Of a stretch of DNA of 64,000 bases, positions 63,954 through 64,000 are shown in pieces; position 1 is the first letter of the stretch; every line of letters starts with the position of its first letter. A model generated the notes under the pieces. It was not told where the DNA came from, made no database searches, and worked only from the letters and a program-made list of their open reading frames with translations. The stretch is from NCBI GenBank assembly GCA_002104945.1, contig MCFH01000016.1:248001-312000 (forward strand), read 5' to 3'. This DNA comes from Piromyces finnis finn (lineage: Eukaryota; Fungi; Neocallimastigomycota). Both the position numbers and the translations under genes were made by a program.

Positions 63954-64000
63954 CTATATATATATATATAAAAGTTTTTTGTTTAGTTCAATATTTTATA

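Overview
Extremely AT-rich eukaryotic DNA with many GT-AG introns. Composition, intron style and the lineage-typical beta-helix/EGF/7TM receptor and subtilisin relic point to an anaerobic gut fungus (Neocallimastigomycota); this is an inference, not proven. The first ~28.5 kb is gene-dense housekeeping: ALG7/DPAGT1, a SAM-domain ATRX-like SNF2 ATPase, CNB1, UBL5/HUB1, TUL1/DSC1, URI1/BUD27 and PAN2. The rest is gene-sparse. It holds a decayed subtilisin, an intact 4-exon class I hyaluronan-synthase-like gene, two CBM21 PP1 glycogen-targeting subunits flanking a multi-exon 7TM receptor and a LINE relic, a small RVxF/YDRR PP1-regulator candidate, and the last exon of a membrane protein cut by the window edge. 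The top lead is the HAS-like gene, whose motifs look intermediate between chlorovirus and vertebrate HAS. Second is the clustering of three PP1-docking proteins beside it. Exons were joined and translated by hand. Family calls rest on remembered motifs, with no database searches.
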